A stretch of DNA of 64,000 bases, from the NCBI RefSeq assembly GCF_009914755.1, contig NC_060930.1. One strand, given 5' to 3'. Positions 13,870-25,057 of the stretch are shown piece by piece. Source of the DNA: the human T2T-CHM13v2.0 reference genome, Homo sapiens. Made by a program: the position numbers and the translations under genes. Position 1 is the stretch's first letter; every line of letters begins with the position of its first letter. Below the pieces are notes generated by a model. That model saw only the letters and a program-made list of their open reading frames with translations, made no database searches and had not been told where the DNA came from.

Positions 13870-15755
13870 ATTTTCATTTCCACTAAAATATTTATTTAAT
13901 TGATATCTTACAGAAATAAATAAAAACAGTTTTTGTCTAATACAGATAGGTTTTTTTATATATATGTAATTTGATTTTACAAAATTGAAGCATATCAAAT
14001 TGTTTTCTCTAAAACATAGCTCAGAAAGGAATAGTAGAAAACAAACACAAAGAAATACTGAAATAGTCTCATTTTTAAATTATAAGCATGGGCCTTCTGA
14101 ATCTCAGCATGACATGTTATTAGTAAAAGAATGTAAGATATGGAGTCAGGGGACCTGGGCTCCACTGTTTACTTGCTACATGTCCTAAGAAAGTTTCAAT
14201 ATATCTGAACTTCAGTTCTCTACCTTTAAAACAGTAAAGATATTAATTATATCAACTTCACAAGATTGTTGGGTAAATTAAACACGTAAATGTACATGAA
14301 AGCTCTTTTTAATATGTGAAGAGCTATAAAAATAACAGTTTGATTTAATTTCATATAAAAGAATCAATGGATACCTCCTTTTAACTGAAGAATAAGCACC
14401 AAAAGCATGTGTGTGTTTTCTTCAGTTGAATTACATCACTCTATAAACCTAGAGTAAGAAAATGCACCTTAACTAAGCACCAAAGCCTCTCGGACAAATG
14501 GGATCTAGGGAATGGTTCTATGAGTTTTCCAGGCAGCTAACTGGGAGCTAATAAGTCCTGAGGGTCAAAGAGGGTCCTTTAAAACTCTGAAGGCTCAAAG
14601 AAAAGGAAGCCAAATAAGAACATTTGTATTACATCAAATGGCTAGGATGTAACAAGCTACTCCTTATTCAGCAATTTCAAAGTCCATTAATTCCTCACAG
14701 AAGAAGAAACACTTCGTTATTATCACTTGCAACGATTTGCTTATGTGAACATGGCATTCTCTTGTTCAAAAGGTCAAAGACTCGTGCTTAAGGGAGGAAC
14801 AACTGGAGTGAAATAACAACTCTACCATGAATTCAGATATCACTGGCTAAAAAGTCTAGTTACACAAGAACATGGGAAAGAAAAAGAATCCAAGACATCA
14901 GTATAATAATGATTAAAAAAAAAACCCTGCCATATTTCCATGTTATAATAAAACAAAATCATAAAAACTGCAATATTTACAGATACATCAATCTTACAAC
15001 ATATAAAAACTTTAACAATAAGAAAAATTAAGAGTAGGGAAAGCAGATAATTTTAAGGTAATCATTAATACATTAAAAAATCTATTTGGAGTTAACTGTT
15101 TACACTAACACCACTTTACACATAATAGAAATATGAATATTTTCATTGTTTTTGTTTTCAGTAGCAAGATGCAGAAGAAACAAATAACTGTCTAACATTA
15201 ACTTATTGTAAGGAGTTGTATTACTGCAAAATTACTAGGTGTAAAGTTATGGTATAAGCCTACTCAAAAAATGGGTTAATATAATTCACCATCTACTTAA
15301 AATATTACTAACAAGATATTGGTGAATCATGTGCTAAAGATACTGAAGGCCCTTCCAAAACTGAGATCTATGTTTGTTCAATATACCAGGTCGTATAAAA
15401 CTAGACTAGTTTACTTTCTTATTCCAACTGTTTTTATGAGTGATCTTATCATAAGAAAAGTACACATTACCTCTCTTAATTCCCTTGCATCGTCAGATAT
15501 AGATACTATTTGGGACAAAAAATAAATGTTTTATTAGGAGTGTAAAATTAAGAATCTTTATAGATCTTTTGGAAACAGTATATTGCAAAGGACTCAATAA
15601 GTACTAAGCCACTGTATAACCAGAACAATAAACAAATTCATTCAACTAGGAACAGTGTTACTGTTATCTACTGGGTTTTTAAAACTTGTAACTTTGCTCT
15701 ACAGCTATGAAAGTTTATTAATACACTAAAGTCCATGGAATGAATCAAGTGTAGT
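13870..15755 (-). other. SHPRH: SHPRH 3'UTR (about 1.9 kb; distal end approximate)
   Basis: Largely repeat-poor AT-rich sequence after the stop codon, with AATAAA (minus strand) at 13891-13896. Confidence 0.7.
13891..13896 (-). terminator. Likely distal polyadenylation signal AATAAA of SHPRH
   Basis: tttatt on the plus strand. A U/GU-rich tract follows on the minus strand near 13810-13835. Other candidates lie at 15530-15535 and 15714-15719. Confidence 0.6.
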
Positions 15756-15852
15756 TCATTCAAGCTCTTCAGTTTCTTTGGTAAATAGGTCTGCCAGGTC
15801 AGCCACAGTCAAGACAGAGGCCTCTGAATGCTTTGCTGATGAGTTCGTGTGA
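15756..15852 (-). CDS. SHPRH: SHPRH last exon (30), coding part: HTNSSAKHSEASVLTVADLADLFTKETEELE*
   Basis: ccttgcag acceptor. TGA at 15758-15756. Rad5-family-like 'DLADLF' tail. Confidence 0.95.
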
Positions 15853-16504
15853 CTGCAAGGTTTCCCAAATGAGCACAGTCAGAAAGAAACCCCAAGCCAT
15901 CAGCGATTATATTTGTAGTAATACGAACTAGACACATATTTTTTCTTAAGTTTTTGTAATTGGGATATAAGAAACTCCCAGAGGAAAGCAAGTGATAAAA
16001 TCTTTGTTATACCTTGTCAAAGTGAAGATTTCTATATATTACTTTTAGGGTTTGTCAAAGTGTTTTTTCTCTGTGCAATTAATAGAACAAAGAATAAAAC
16101 TCTTGACTACTGCTACTAAGGCTCTCACCTTACAAATTACCTTCTTACCACCTGAAGTTAATTTGTTTCAAGAGAATTTCAAACAACTCATAACTGCTAT
16201 TTTATTAAAACAACCTAAATAAAAATCACTGAAGTCTGATACACAAGGAAAACAAGAACTTTAAAAAGCCTTCATGTTTTAGGTAAAAAGGCCCTTGTGG
16301 AAGCCTCTTTCCTTCCCAGAAACCATCAATGGAAGAAAATTTCTAGTTTCAAATTGCTTCTTTGCTATGTGACAATCCCTTCTAAGGCAATAATCTCTTC
16401 CTTGGGTACCATCCAATCCTACCTACCTCCTAAAGATGTAGAAAGATTTATGTTTTCAAAAAGATTTAAATAAATTATACCATAAATATTAGAAAGTTCT
16501 ATGA

Positions 16505-16845
<341 letters not shown>

Positions 16846-17084
16846 AATGTGGCAAAGGAATGTAGGATAGTTTATATTTACATGTTACAATTAATAAATT
16901 AATTCAAATATACAAAGTCTGGAGCACTGACTGGGAAACAGTGAAAAGGCAAAACGTCAGACTTTGCTTTTAAAAACGTATTTGTGCTATATTTTTCGTT
17001 GTCATCTAAGTGAAGAAGTTCTAAAGATACAAACTTTTAACAGGAAAACCTTCCCCCTTCTACTTGTGGTAAATTATTACCTAC

Positions 17085-17165
17085 CTTCTCTCAGCAGTTT
17101 TCAGCATTGCCTGCATTCTTTCTTCTATTGTTGCTTTAATTAAGAATCTGTGTACAATAGTAGGT
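17085..17165 (-). CDS. SHPRH: SHPRH exon 29 (81 nt): PTIVHRFLIKATIEERMQAMLKTAER(S)
   Basis: ccttttag acceptor, AG|gtaggt donor. TIEE motif typical of SNF2 C-termini. Confidence 0.96.
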
Positions 17166-17244
17166 CTAAAAGGTACAGAAGAATTTTAAGCTTAAAAACA
17201 TAGTAAAACAAATCAGTACAAACCGACTTCACATTTTATATGCT

Positions 17245-18470
17245 ATATTCATCAGTCAGTTGGTGCCCACTTGTGGCAGGTGCTGGGAGGGGTTCAGCAG
17301 CGAATAAAATGAACTATTTAATCTCCATGAGCTGACATTCTAATGAGAGACAGACAATAAACACATAAAAGAGTAAGACGGTTTCAGGTAAATATAATGC
17401 TGGGAGAACAGGCTGACATGCAAACTGAAAAAAGAGTGATGGGAATGAGGCCAGTAGGCAAAGGAGGAGTAGGAAGAATATCCAAACAGAAGAAACAGCA
17501 CATACATACACAGTCCCCGGGAAGGGAATATGCCTGGAACAAGCCTAACATGTTCAAGAGGCCAAAAGAAGGCTGGCATGGCAGAAGCATCCTGTAAGCG
17601 AGGGAGAGAGGTGAAAATAAGGGTGGAGAGATGTGCAGGGGCCAGGTCACACAGGGCCTTCCAGGATGTGACCAAGCATTTGAATTTTATCGTGGTTATA
17701 ATGGGAAGCCCTTGGTGGGTTTGTATGCATGATTTGATGTATACCTGACTGTACTTTAGAAATCCCTTTGGCAACCGTGTGGAGGATGTACTTCTTGCTC
17801 AGCAAGAAGAGCACCAGAGAAGCCAGTTAAGAAGTCCTGTAGTCATCTGGGTAAGTAAGGGTGGATGCACTATGGTTGTGTCAGTGGAGATAGCAGTCAA
17901 GTAGATTTGGAATATCTTTTGGAGGTAGAGCTGACAAAACTTAAAAGATGACTGGCATGTGAGATGTGAAAAGAAAAATATAGAAGAGTCCGAGATTTCT
18001 GATCTGGGCAGGAACAGATGACAGTGCCACATTATAAGATGGGGAAAGCTCAGGGTGGGAGTGAGAGTGCAGAAGCAACACAGTTTTGTTTTGTCCATGT
18101 GAAACCTATCAGATACCTATTAGACAGGTATCCAAGGTGAGTCCAGAGATATGTGTGCAGAGCTAGAACTGGATATATGCACCTGGGACAGGAGCTATAT
18201 GGGCATGTCTGGGCTGGGGGATATACACCTGAGAGTCATCAACCTGTAAAAGCTACCTAAAGCCCTAAGACTGGAAAAATTCATCGAAGGGGTGTAGACA
18301 AAGAACCCTCAGACCACTGGCAAGAAGTAGGTCACTAGAAATGTTATAAGTCTCACTTCAGTGATATGGTGGGGAGAAAATCAACCAGACAGGTTGACAG
18401 AGAATGGGGGATAAAAAAGTAGAGATGGAGGTAGGATGTATCAGAGTGTTTTTTTCTTTCTAAAGATGGA
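17245..18470 (-). mobile_element. L2 (degraded)
   Basis: gagctgacattctaatgagagacagacaataaac and ggaggtagagctgacaaaactt are L2-like. Confidence 0.7.
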
Positions 18471-18503
18471 TAATATTAAGACATATTTATGGGGTAATAT
18501 ATG

Positions 18504-18836
18504 ACAGGTTGAGTATCCCTAACCAAAAACCCAAAATCCAAAACTTTTTGAGTGCCAACGTGACAAGTGGAGGATTCAACACCTGACTTCACGTGATGAG
18601 TCACAGTCAAAACACATTAAAAACGTTGTTTTGTGCACAAAATTATTTAAAATATTATATAAAATCACCTTCAGGCTATGAGTAGAATTTGTATATGAAA
18701 CATAAATAAATTTCATGTTTAGACTGGGGTTTCATTCCTAAGATATCTCACTATGTATATGCAAATATTCTAAAATCTGAAAAAATCCTACAGGCAAAAC
18801 ACTTGAAGCATTTCAGTTAAGGGATGCTCAACCTGT
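18504..18836. mobile_element. Tigger4/MER46-like MITE
   Basis: caggttgagtatccct...agggatgctcaacctg terminal inverted repeats. Confidence 0.85.
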
Positions 18837-19219
18837 ACAAGGGAAATGTACACCTGTCCTTGAAAAATGAGAAAGAATGGAGTCCAGGACAAATGAATGG
18901 ATGGCTTTTGAAAGAAAAGGGACACTTCTGCTGTAATAAAAGGGAAGGCATATGAGGTACTTTCCTGCTTATTACTGGATGACATATCCATGCTTCTGCC
19001 TACTACCAACCCCTTCCTCCACTTCAGTGTTTGATCCCATATCCTCTTGCCTACTCAAGGACATTGTCAAGCATTCTCCCTGTTCTCCTTCACTAGTTTT
19101 TGTTGTCTCTAATGAATCATTTTCTTACTAATTCTCCCATTTGAAAGGAAAACAAAAACCTCTCTTGATCTCATTCTCTTCCTTTTCTCTGCAGCAAAAC
19201 TCCTCAAAATACTGGCCTT

Positions 19220-19350
19220 ACCAGCCACACAGAAGCAGCAGTGCACTGTGGTTAAAGCTTGTACTGTGAAGGCAGAATGGCTGTGCCTGAAATCTGCCAC
19301 TGCTTCTACTAGTTGCCTGACTATGGGCAAGTTACCTAACCTCTCTTTGT
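19220..19350 (+). mobile_element. MIR fragment
   Basis: gtggttaaagc...ctgccactgcttctactagttgcctgactatgggcaagttacctaacctctct is the MIR core. Confidence 0.75.
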
Positions 19351-19389
19351 TATACAAATATTTGTTAAATAAGAAATACACAAAATCCC

Positions 19390-20670
19390 ATTTTCTCCAA
19401 AACTAAAGTCAGGCTGTCACCTCTACCACTTAACCTGGTTTTGATCTCCATGTTGCTAAATCTAATGATCAATTCTCAATCCTTATCTTCCTTGACATTT
19501 TTCATAGCACTTGAAACAGGTGACCATAACCTCTTCTTTGAGGTACATTTTTCACTTGGTTCCTAGGACACTCCTGTCTTCTGGTTTTCTTCCTAACTCA
19601 CTGTTTGATCTTTATTTGTTACCTTTGCTGCTTCCTTCTCCTCTCCTAGAACAGCTGAACTTTGGTGCCCTGGAGTTCAGTCCATGGTCCTCTATCTAAA
19701 CTCTGTCTCTATCTAAACTCACTCCTAGGTAATCTCATTCAGTCTCGTGACTTAATGGACTTGTACATCTAGTTACAGAATAGAAATCTCCATTTGGATG
19801 TCTGTTCTTCCCTTACCAAATCTGCTCTACCCTGTAGACTTCTCCAGCTCAGTTGAAGGTTACTTCATCCTTCTAGTTGTCCAAGCCAAAACCCATGGTG
19901 TTATCCTTGACCCTCTCATACCCCATGTCTAGTCTGTCCAAAAGTACTATCAGTTCTATCTTCAAAATATATCCAGAACCTGACCACTCCTCATCATGTG
20001 CACTGCTACTGCCATGGTCAGGTCACCTTCAGCTCTCACCAGGATGACTGCAATAGCCTCCAAGACTCTCCCTGCTTCTACTCTTCCTTGCTCCCCTTCA
20101 CTCCCACCCTATCACAGCACTCAGAATGATTCTTTTAAAACTTAAGTGAGATATGCCAAGCCTCTGTTCAAAGCCTTCCAATGGCTCCCGATTTCACACA
20201 GGGCAAAAGCACCGTCCTCACAGTGGCTTCCTGGGCCCAATGTAATCCCTCTCCCCACTGAGCCCACTCACTTCAACTCCTGCTTCTCTCCCTTTTAGCA
20301 ACTGTAGCTCCTTGCTATTCTTCTAACATACCACACTCCTGATTTAGGGCCTTTGCACCGAAAGCACTGTTTACTTGAACATTCTTTCACAAGATAGCTG
20401 CATGACTAACTTTCCCATTTTCCCATTTCTTTCAAGTCCTTGCTCAGACTTTCTCAATAAGGCCTTGCATGCCTTCCTGCCCAAACATTGCACTTTTACT
20501 TCCTCACCCTGCTCTACTTTTCCAGCTCCTAACATAGTCCAGATTGTACTTAGTTTATTGTTTACCACCTTTCTGTCTACCAACCCCATTACAGCTAGAA
20601 TCGCACTCCATGAGGACATCTCATGTTCCTAAAACAGTGCCTGGCACACAGAAGATACTCAATAAAAATC
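19390..20670 (+). mobile_element. L2a-like element
   Basis: Ends aaacagtgcctggcacacagaagatactcaataaa, an L2 3' end. Confidence 0.8.
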
Positions 20671-22279
20671 TACCAAAAAGTATGTGAGTACTGATGCAGG
20701 CAGACTGTTCAAGTTGATGATGGAAAGATGAGGTACTTCTAATCTGATTGTATATGTTTCCCCTGTATGAGGCAAGATCGCCATGGGGAGGAAGAAGACA
20801 CACTTAAGACAGACTCCTCAGAAAGTAGAAAAAAACATATTGACTTGCGAGGCATAGTAAGATTGTTGGGTAATGCTGAATGGCCTTTTGGACTCGTGGT
20901 TTTAAATATGAGACTAGTCCAGCCTATGCTTTAAAAGAACATTGGTAGGACAAAAAATCAATATTTAAAAACACAGAAGAAAACCAACAAAAAACAAGTA
21001 AGACATGACTGCATTTTAAATGCCACTTGGTGGTATGTTAGAACAAGCCCGCATTTATTACAGTTACTTTGCCCTATTTGTTAAGAGGTTTAATAAACAT
21101 GTCTCTTTCCTGTTTTCAAGTAAGCCCTTTATTTTCTCTCCCCGCTACTTCTTACGGGGCAGTCTACATTTCTGAGTATGACACAGAAGACTTCATCTCC
21201 TGCCGATGATCTCTTTCTCATACTTTATACTGCAACAATTCCAAACTCCTTACAGTCCCTAGAAATGTCATGTCATTTCCCACCATTGTATTTTTGCATA
21301 TATAACTCTCTTTGGCTGTGTGAATACCCTTTTCCAGCCAACTTTGAAATAATTATTCCTTCAAGACTTAACACCATAAAGTCTTTCCTGACTCTGTAGG
21401 GCCCGAGTGATCATTATCTTCTTTTGTTAACACAGTCCTTTTATTATTATACTTTTGCACATTCTACCCCAACACTTTAAGTCATGCTTCCTGTACTACA
21501 CAGTGACCTCCTTGGGGAAATAAATTATGTATCATTCAATTTGAATCTTCAGTATTTAGAATAATGCCTGACATACAGTAGGTGCTCAATAAATACTGAT
21601 TTAGTAAGTGCTTATTATGGATGTGTTTTTTTTTTCTTTTTTAAACATCAAAGACTTCTAACATCCAGAAGGTAATACATTTAGCAGGCCTTATCAAAGA
21701 TAACTGTCTATTCTGATATATGAATAAAGGTAATACATGCCATATAATAATATTCATTATTAGGTTTGCTTTGGGCCTTAAACTGAATCTAATGATCTCT
21801 TGGAGCTGACCTAGGGGGTGTCTTTTCCTAATGTTAAGAATTTTAAAAGGAGCCATTTATTTTCAGTCATGTACAAGGTATGTCTTCTTTTAAACACGGG
21901 ACTACTTTAGACAATCAAAACTCCATTCTCCTCAAAGGCATGATGGATGCCTTCAACTTTGTAGCTGTCTTAAGTATTTCTAACAAGCTTTTTTTTGGAT
22001 AAAGTGATAAGGTTTTTGTGGGAGGGAAGAAAAAAATTGGGACAATTTGGGGGTTTGCTTCTTGGAGAGAAGGGAGGGTTGGAAATCTCATGCCTTTCAA
22101 TTAAATAATTAAAAAGTTATAAATAAATAAGTTATAAAATAAATAATTAAAAAATGTAGTATCTAAGGAAGTAATTAAAAACAAGTACGCTATGATGAAC
22201 ATAAATGAAGAGTTTAAATACTGATTTGGTTTCTCAGAAAACTGAAGCAAATGTGACTGATTCTAATTTTAGTCCTTAC

Positions 22280-22458
22280 TTTGTCTGTCCAATTCGGTGC
22301 ACCCTCCCTATGGCCTGAAGCTCATGGGCAGGGTTCAATATGGGCTCCACCAAGAGAACATGAGTTGCTTCAATGATAGTTAATCCATTAGAACCTGTGT
22401 GCAGGGGCAGCAGCAAAATATTGATTTGGGGATCACGTTTAAATGCTGAAAGGTTCTC
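22280..22458 (-). CDS. SHPRH: SHPRH exon 28 (179 nt): [59 protein letters not shown](K); helicase motifs V-VI
   Basis: cttttttag acceptor, AA|gtaagg donor. [11 protein letters not shown] is SNF2 motif VI. Confidence 0.97.
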
Positions 22459-23214
22459 CTAAAAAAGAAAGGTACATTTTAATTTTAGCTCGATCAGTTA
22501 AAATAAGAGCAGTATGTAATAGCTCACTTTAAAGATGTCTAATGCTATCTATTACTATTGTGAAAGGTAACAGCTAAGAAACTTAAATGCAAAATTACCA
22601 ACTTTAGAAAATGTAAACTTGTCGCTTGATTTTAATTATGAAGAAAAGTATCATATAAGCTCTCTTGTTCTTCGTAATATCTAGAGGAATCACAAGACAG
22701 ATGCATGTAATGCATGCAAATTAAACTACATGAGGTTAGAGGAAAAAGAGAAAAAGAATGTGCTAGAGTGAATGTGAGATAAGAGACATGAATCTGCTAA
22801 ATTTTCATTTGGTCTCTGTGTGTGCCTGAGGTCATACGCCTGTCACTGTGCTGAGCATGATGTAAGGATAACTGTGACCACATGCAGTTCTGCCTGACAG
22901 TGACTTTAGAAACTAATCCTTGGGGTGTGAGGCCCCTGTCCATTCAAAAGGTATATCATAGGCAATCTTTTCCTGTACTAAAAAAAAAAAAGAACCTCAA
23001 GTTGGGAGATCTTTAAAAAACCAATGGTCTTGTTATATACTGAAAATACCTGCAGTCTCTGCTTTTAAATGTTCACTTTATAATTAATCAAGAACTCAGA
23101 CCCTGTTTATGTGGCTTATATGGCATGAGACAATAAATGTAAGTAAGCTAGTTAACAGCAGTTTAAATTTGCAACTGTATCCACTACAAAAACCGGAGTA
23201 AAATCTTAACATAC

Positions 23215-23301
23215 CTGAAATGTCTTAACACGACTGATTTGTGCAAATTCCATGTTGTTGTCAGTAAGAGCTTTTGAAATAATATCTAATACATCTTGCC
23301 A
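23215..23301 (-). CDS. SHPRH: SHPRH exon 27 (87 nt): WQDVLDIISKALTDNNMEFAQISRVKTFQ
   Basis: gtgttctag acceptor, CAG|gtatgt donor. Confidence 0.96.
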
Positions 23302-23950
23302 CTAGAACACATAAAACAATAAGAAAACCAATATTTACACGTAGCCTTTATCTAAGGGTATCTGAAAAGGAAATAAATCAAAATGACTTTTATACTGGAG
23401 TTAAGAAAATAAAACCAAAACCAAAACCCTCAAATGTAGTACCATCCATATTATTTAGCTCTATCTGAAATAGTAATTTTGTTTGTTTTTTTTTTTTTTG
23501 CATCAAATGCTGGTTTTGAAAATGTAATTAAGATAAACAAACAGTAGAAAATACATAATGGAGTGCATACTGGAATATAGTTACTTAGTTTTCGAAAATG
23601 AAAACTAAGGGTTTTACTCAACACTTTATAAAGTAGATTGTCTTTTTCAACCCAAATTTTTGTGAAATGAGACTTTCAAAGTCAGAAATTCCAATTTTAA
23701 AAATATTAAACTAAGAAAATCCTTAAATGAAACTAATAAAAAGTCATGAAATATAGCTATACAAATTGCCTTGTGAAACATCATCACATTTCTCTAAAAA
23801 TAATTCTATCTTCTCTAAAAATAATTCTATCTTATGGATTTGGGAAAAAAAATCTAAGAGTAAACATCAAAAATTAGTTCTCAGCTGTAAACTGATTAGA
23901 GAGGGAAAATCAGTTCGAATTAATATTGAGGATGAAAATGTTGATTATAC

Positions 23951-24043
23951 CGTTGAGAAAACGAGTGCTTTGGCCCCTGGATCTCTAAGCTGTATTTTCA
24001 TCAGAGTTCTGACCACAGCTTCCACTTTTGTAGAATGGCTGCC
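23951..24043 (-). CDS. SHPRH: SHPRH exon 26 (93 nt): GSHSTKVEAVVRTLMKIQLRDPGAKALVFST; start of helicase-C lobe
   Basis: gttcaaag acceptor, ACG|gtataa donor. SNF2 'STK' and 'KALVFS' motifs. Confidence 0.96.
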
Positions 24044-24769
24044 CTTTGAACACACACACAAAATACACATTACTACTAAAAAATCTAGTTAAGAACAGAA
24101 TAGAAAAGCAATATAAAGTACTTTTTATTATCAAAACTATAAATGCATCAAAACAAATTATCAGGTGCATATGTGTTTACTCTTTTTCATTTTGTGTTTG
24201 CTGGAAATTTTCTTTAGCCTCGAAATGTAGAAGTCATTAAATTTACACCCAGACATTTGAATGTAAAAGCATGCCAGAAAGTCATTAAGTGCTATGACCC
24301 TGAACATAAGATCTTTTAGTTAAGTAGTCAGGTTTTATAGTTACAAAATTTTGTTACATTAGATTAGCAGAAATGATATTTTAAAACACTCTTCATTTAT
24401 TCTCCCTTTCTTCAGATATTATGTCATTAGAAATGTTAAGAATACAATGAATCAAAACTCCCAATGTAAGCAAACAGTGAAGGATCCAACCAATGGAGAA
24501 TGTTTTCTTGCAAGGGTATTACCAAAAACAATGACAGAGGTACAAATGATGCTCACTTAGAATGAGGCAGATTCATACAAAGCTAGACACTTAAAACTGT
24601 GTGTTTTTTTTTTTTTGCATCTTCCATAACCATTTCTATCAGATGAGGATGAAAGTGAAAAAATGATTTTTAAAATGGAGAAATAAGAAAATGAGGAAAA
24701 TAGTGCAAGTATTTCTGTAGCCCTCAATGAGAAAGTTTTCCTTCTGGAGTGCTCTTGGAGATGGTATGA

Positions 24770-24990
24770 CAGAGAAATTAAGGTTATGGGATTTTGAATG
24801 AGACAAATTTAAGTTCAACTCATAGTTCTACAACTCACTAGTTATAGTTTCTAATCCTGTGTTTCCTCATCTATCCAATAGGGCTGAATGATAATTATAT
24901 CTCTTTCCAAAGGTGGCTGTGATGATTGAATGAGAAAATGTATACGAAGCATTTAGCCTAACATCTGGTAAGGAGTAAACACTCAAGAAC
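24770..24990 (+). mobile_element. MIR
   Basis: ctgtgtttcctcatctat...gtgatgattgaatgagaaaatgtat. Confidence 0.65.
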
Positions 24991-25042
24991 TTATTATCTT
25001 TCTGAGATATTAAATATGAGCACTATAATGACCTAGATTATA

Positions 25043-25057
25043 CCACAAGGGGGAGCA
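25043..25057 (+). promoter_or_regulatory. Candidate CTCF site ccacaagggggagca
   Basis: Close match to the CCAC-AGGGGGCGC core. Motif only; no binding data. Confidence 0.45.

Larger units (their letters stand above)
17085..24043 (-). ncRNA. SHPRH: circ-SHPRH back-splice unit (exons 26-29, 440 nt), encoding SHPRH-146aa
   Basis: 93+87+179+81=440 nt. The circular ORF from ATG 24001-23999 to TGA 24003-24001 is 441 nt (146 aa plus stop), matching the published circ-SHPRH as recalled. Confidence 0.85.

Noticed and set aside
15853-15950. Upstream AG at 15928-15929 that would give an alternative C-terminus SSYYYKYNR*
   Set aside because: Preceded by an A-rich tract with no pyrimidine run; no supporting evidence.
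17314-18098. Cluster of overlapping ORFs up to 144 aa
   Set aside because: Inside a degraded L2, with no splice or domain support.
17245-20670. Oppositely oriented L2 copies in intron 28
   Set aside because: Too diverged to plausibly form a stable RNA duplex.
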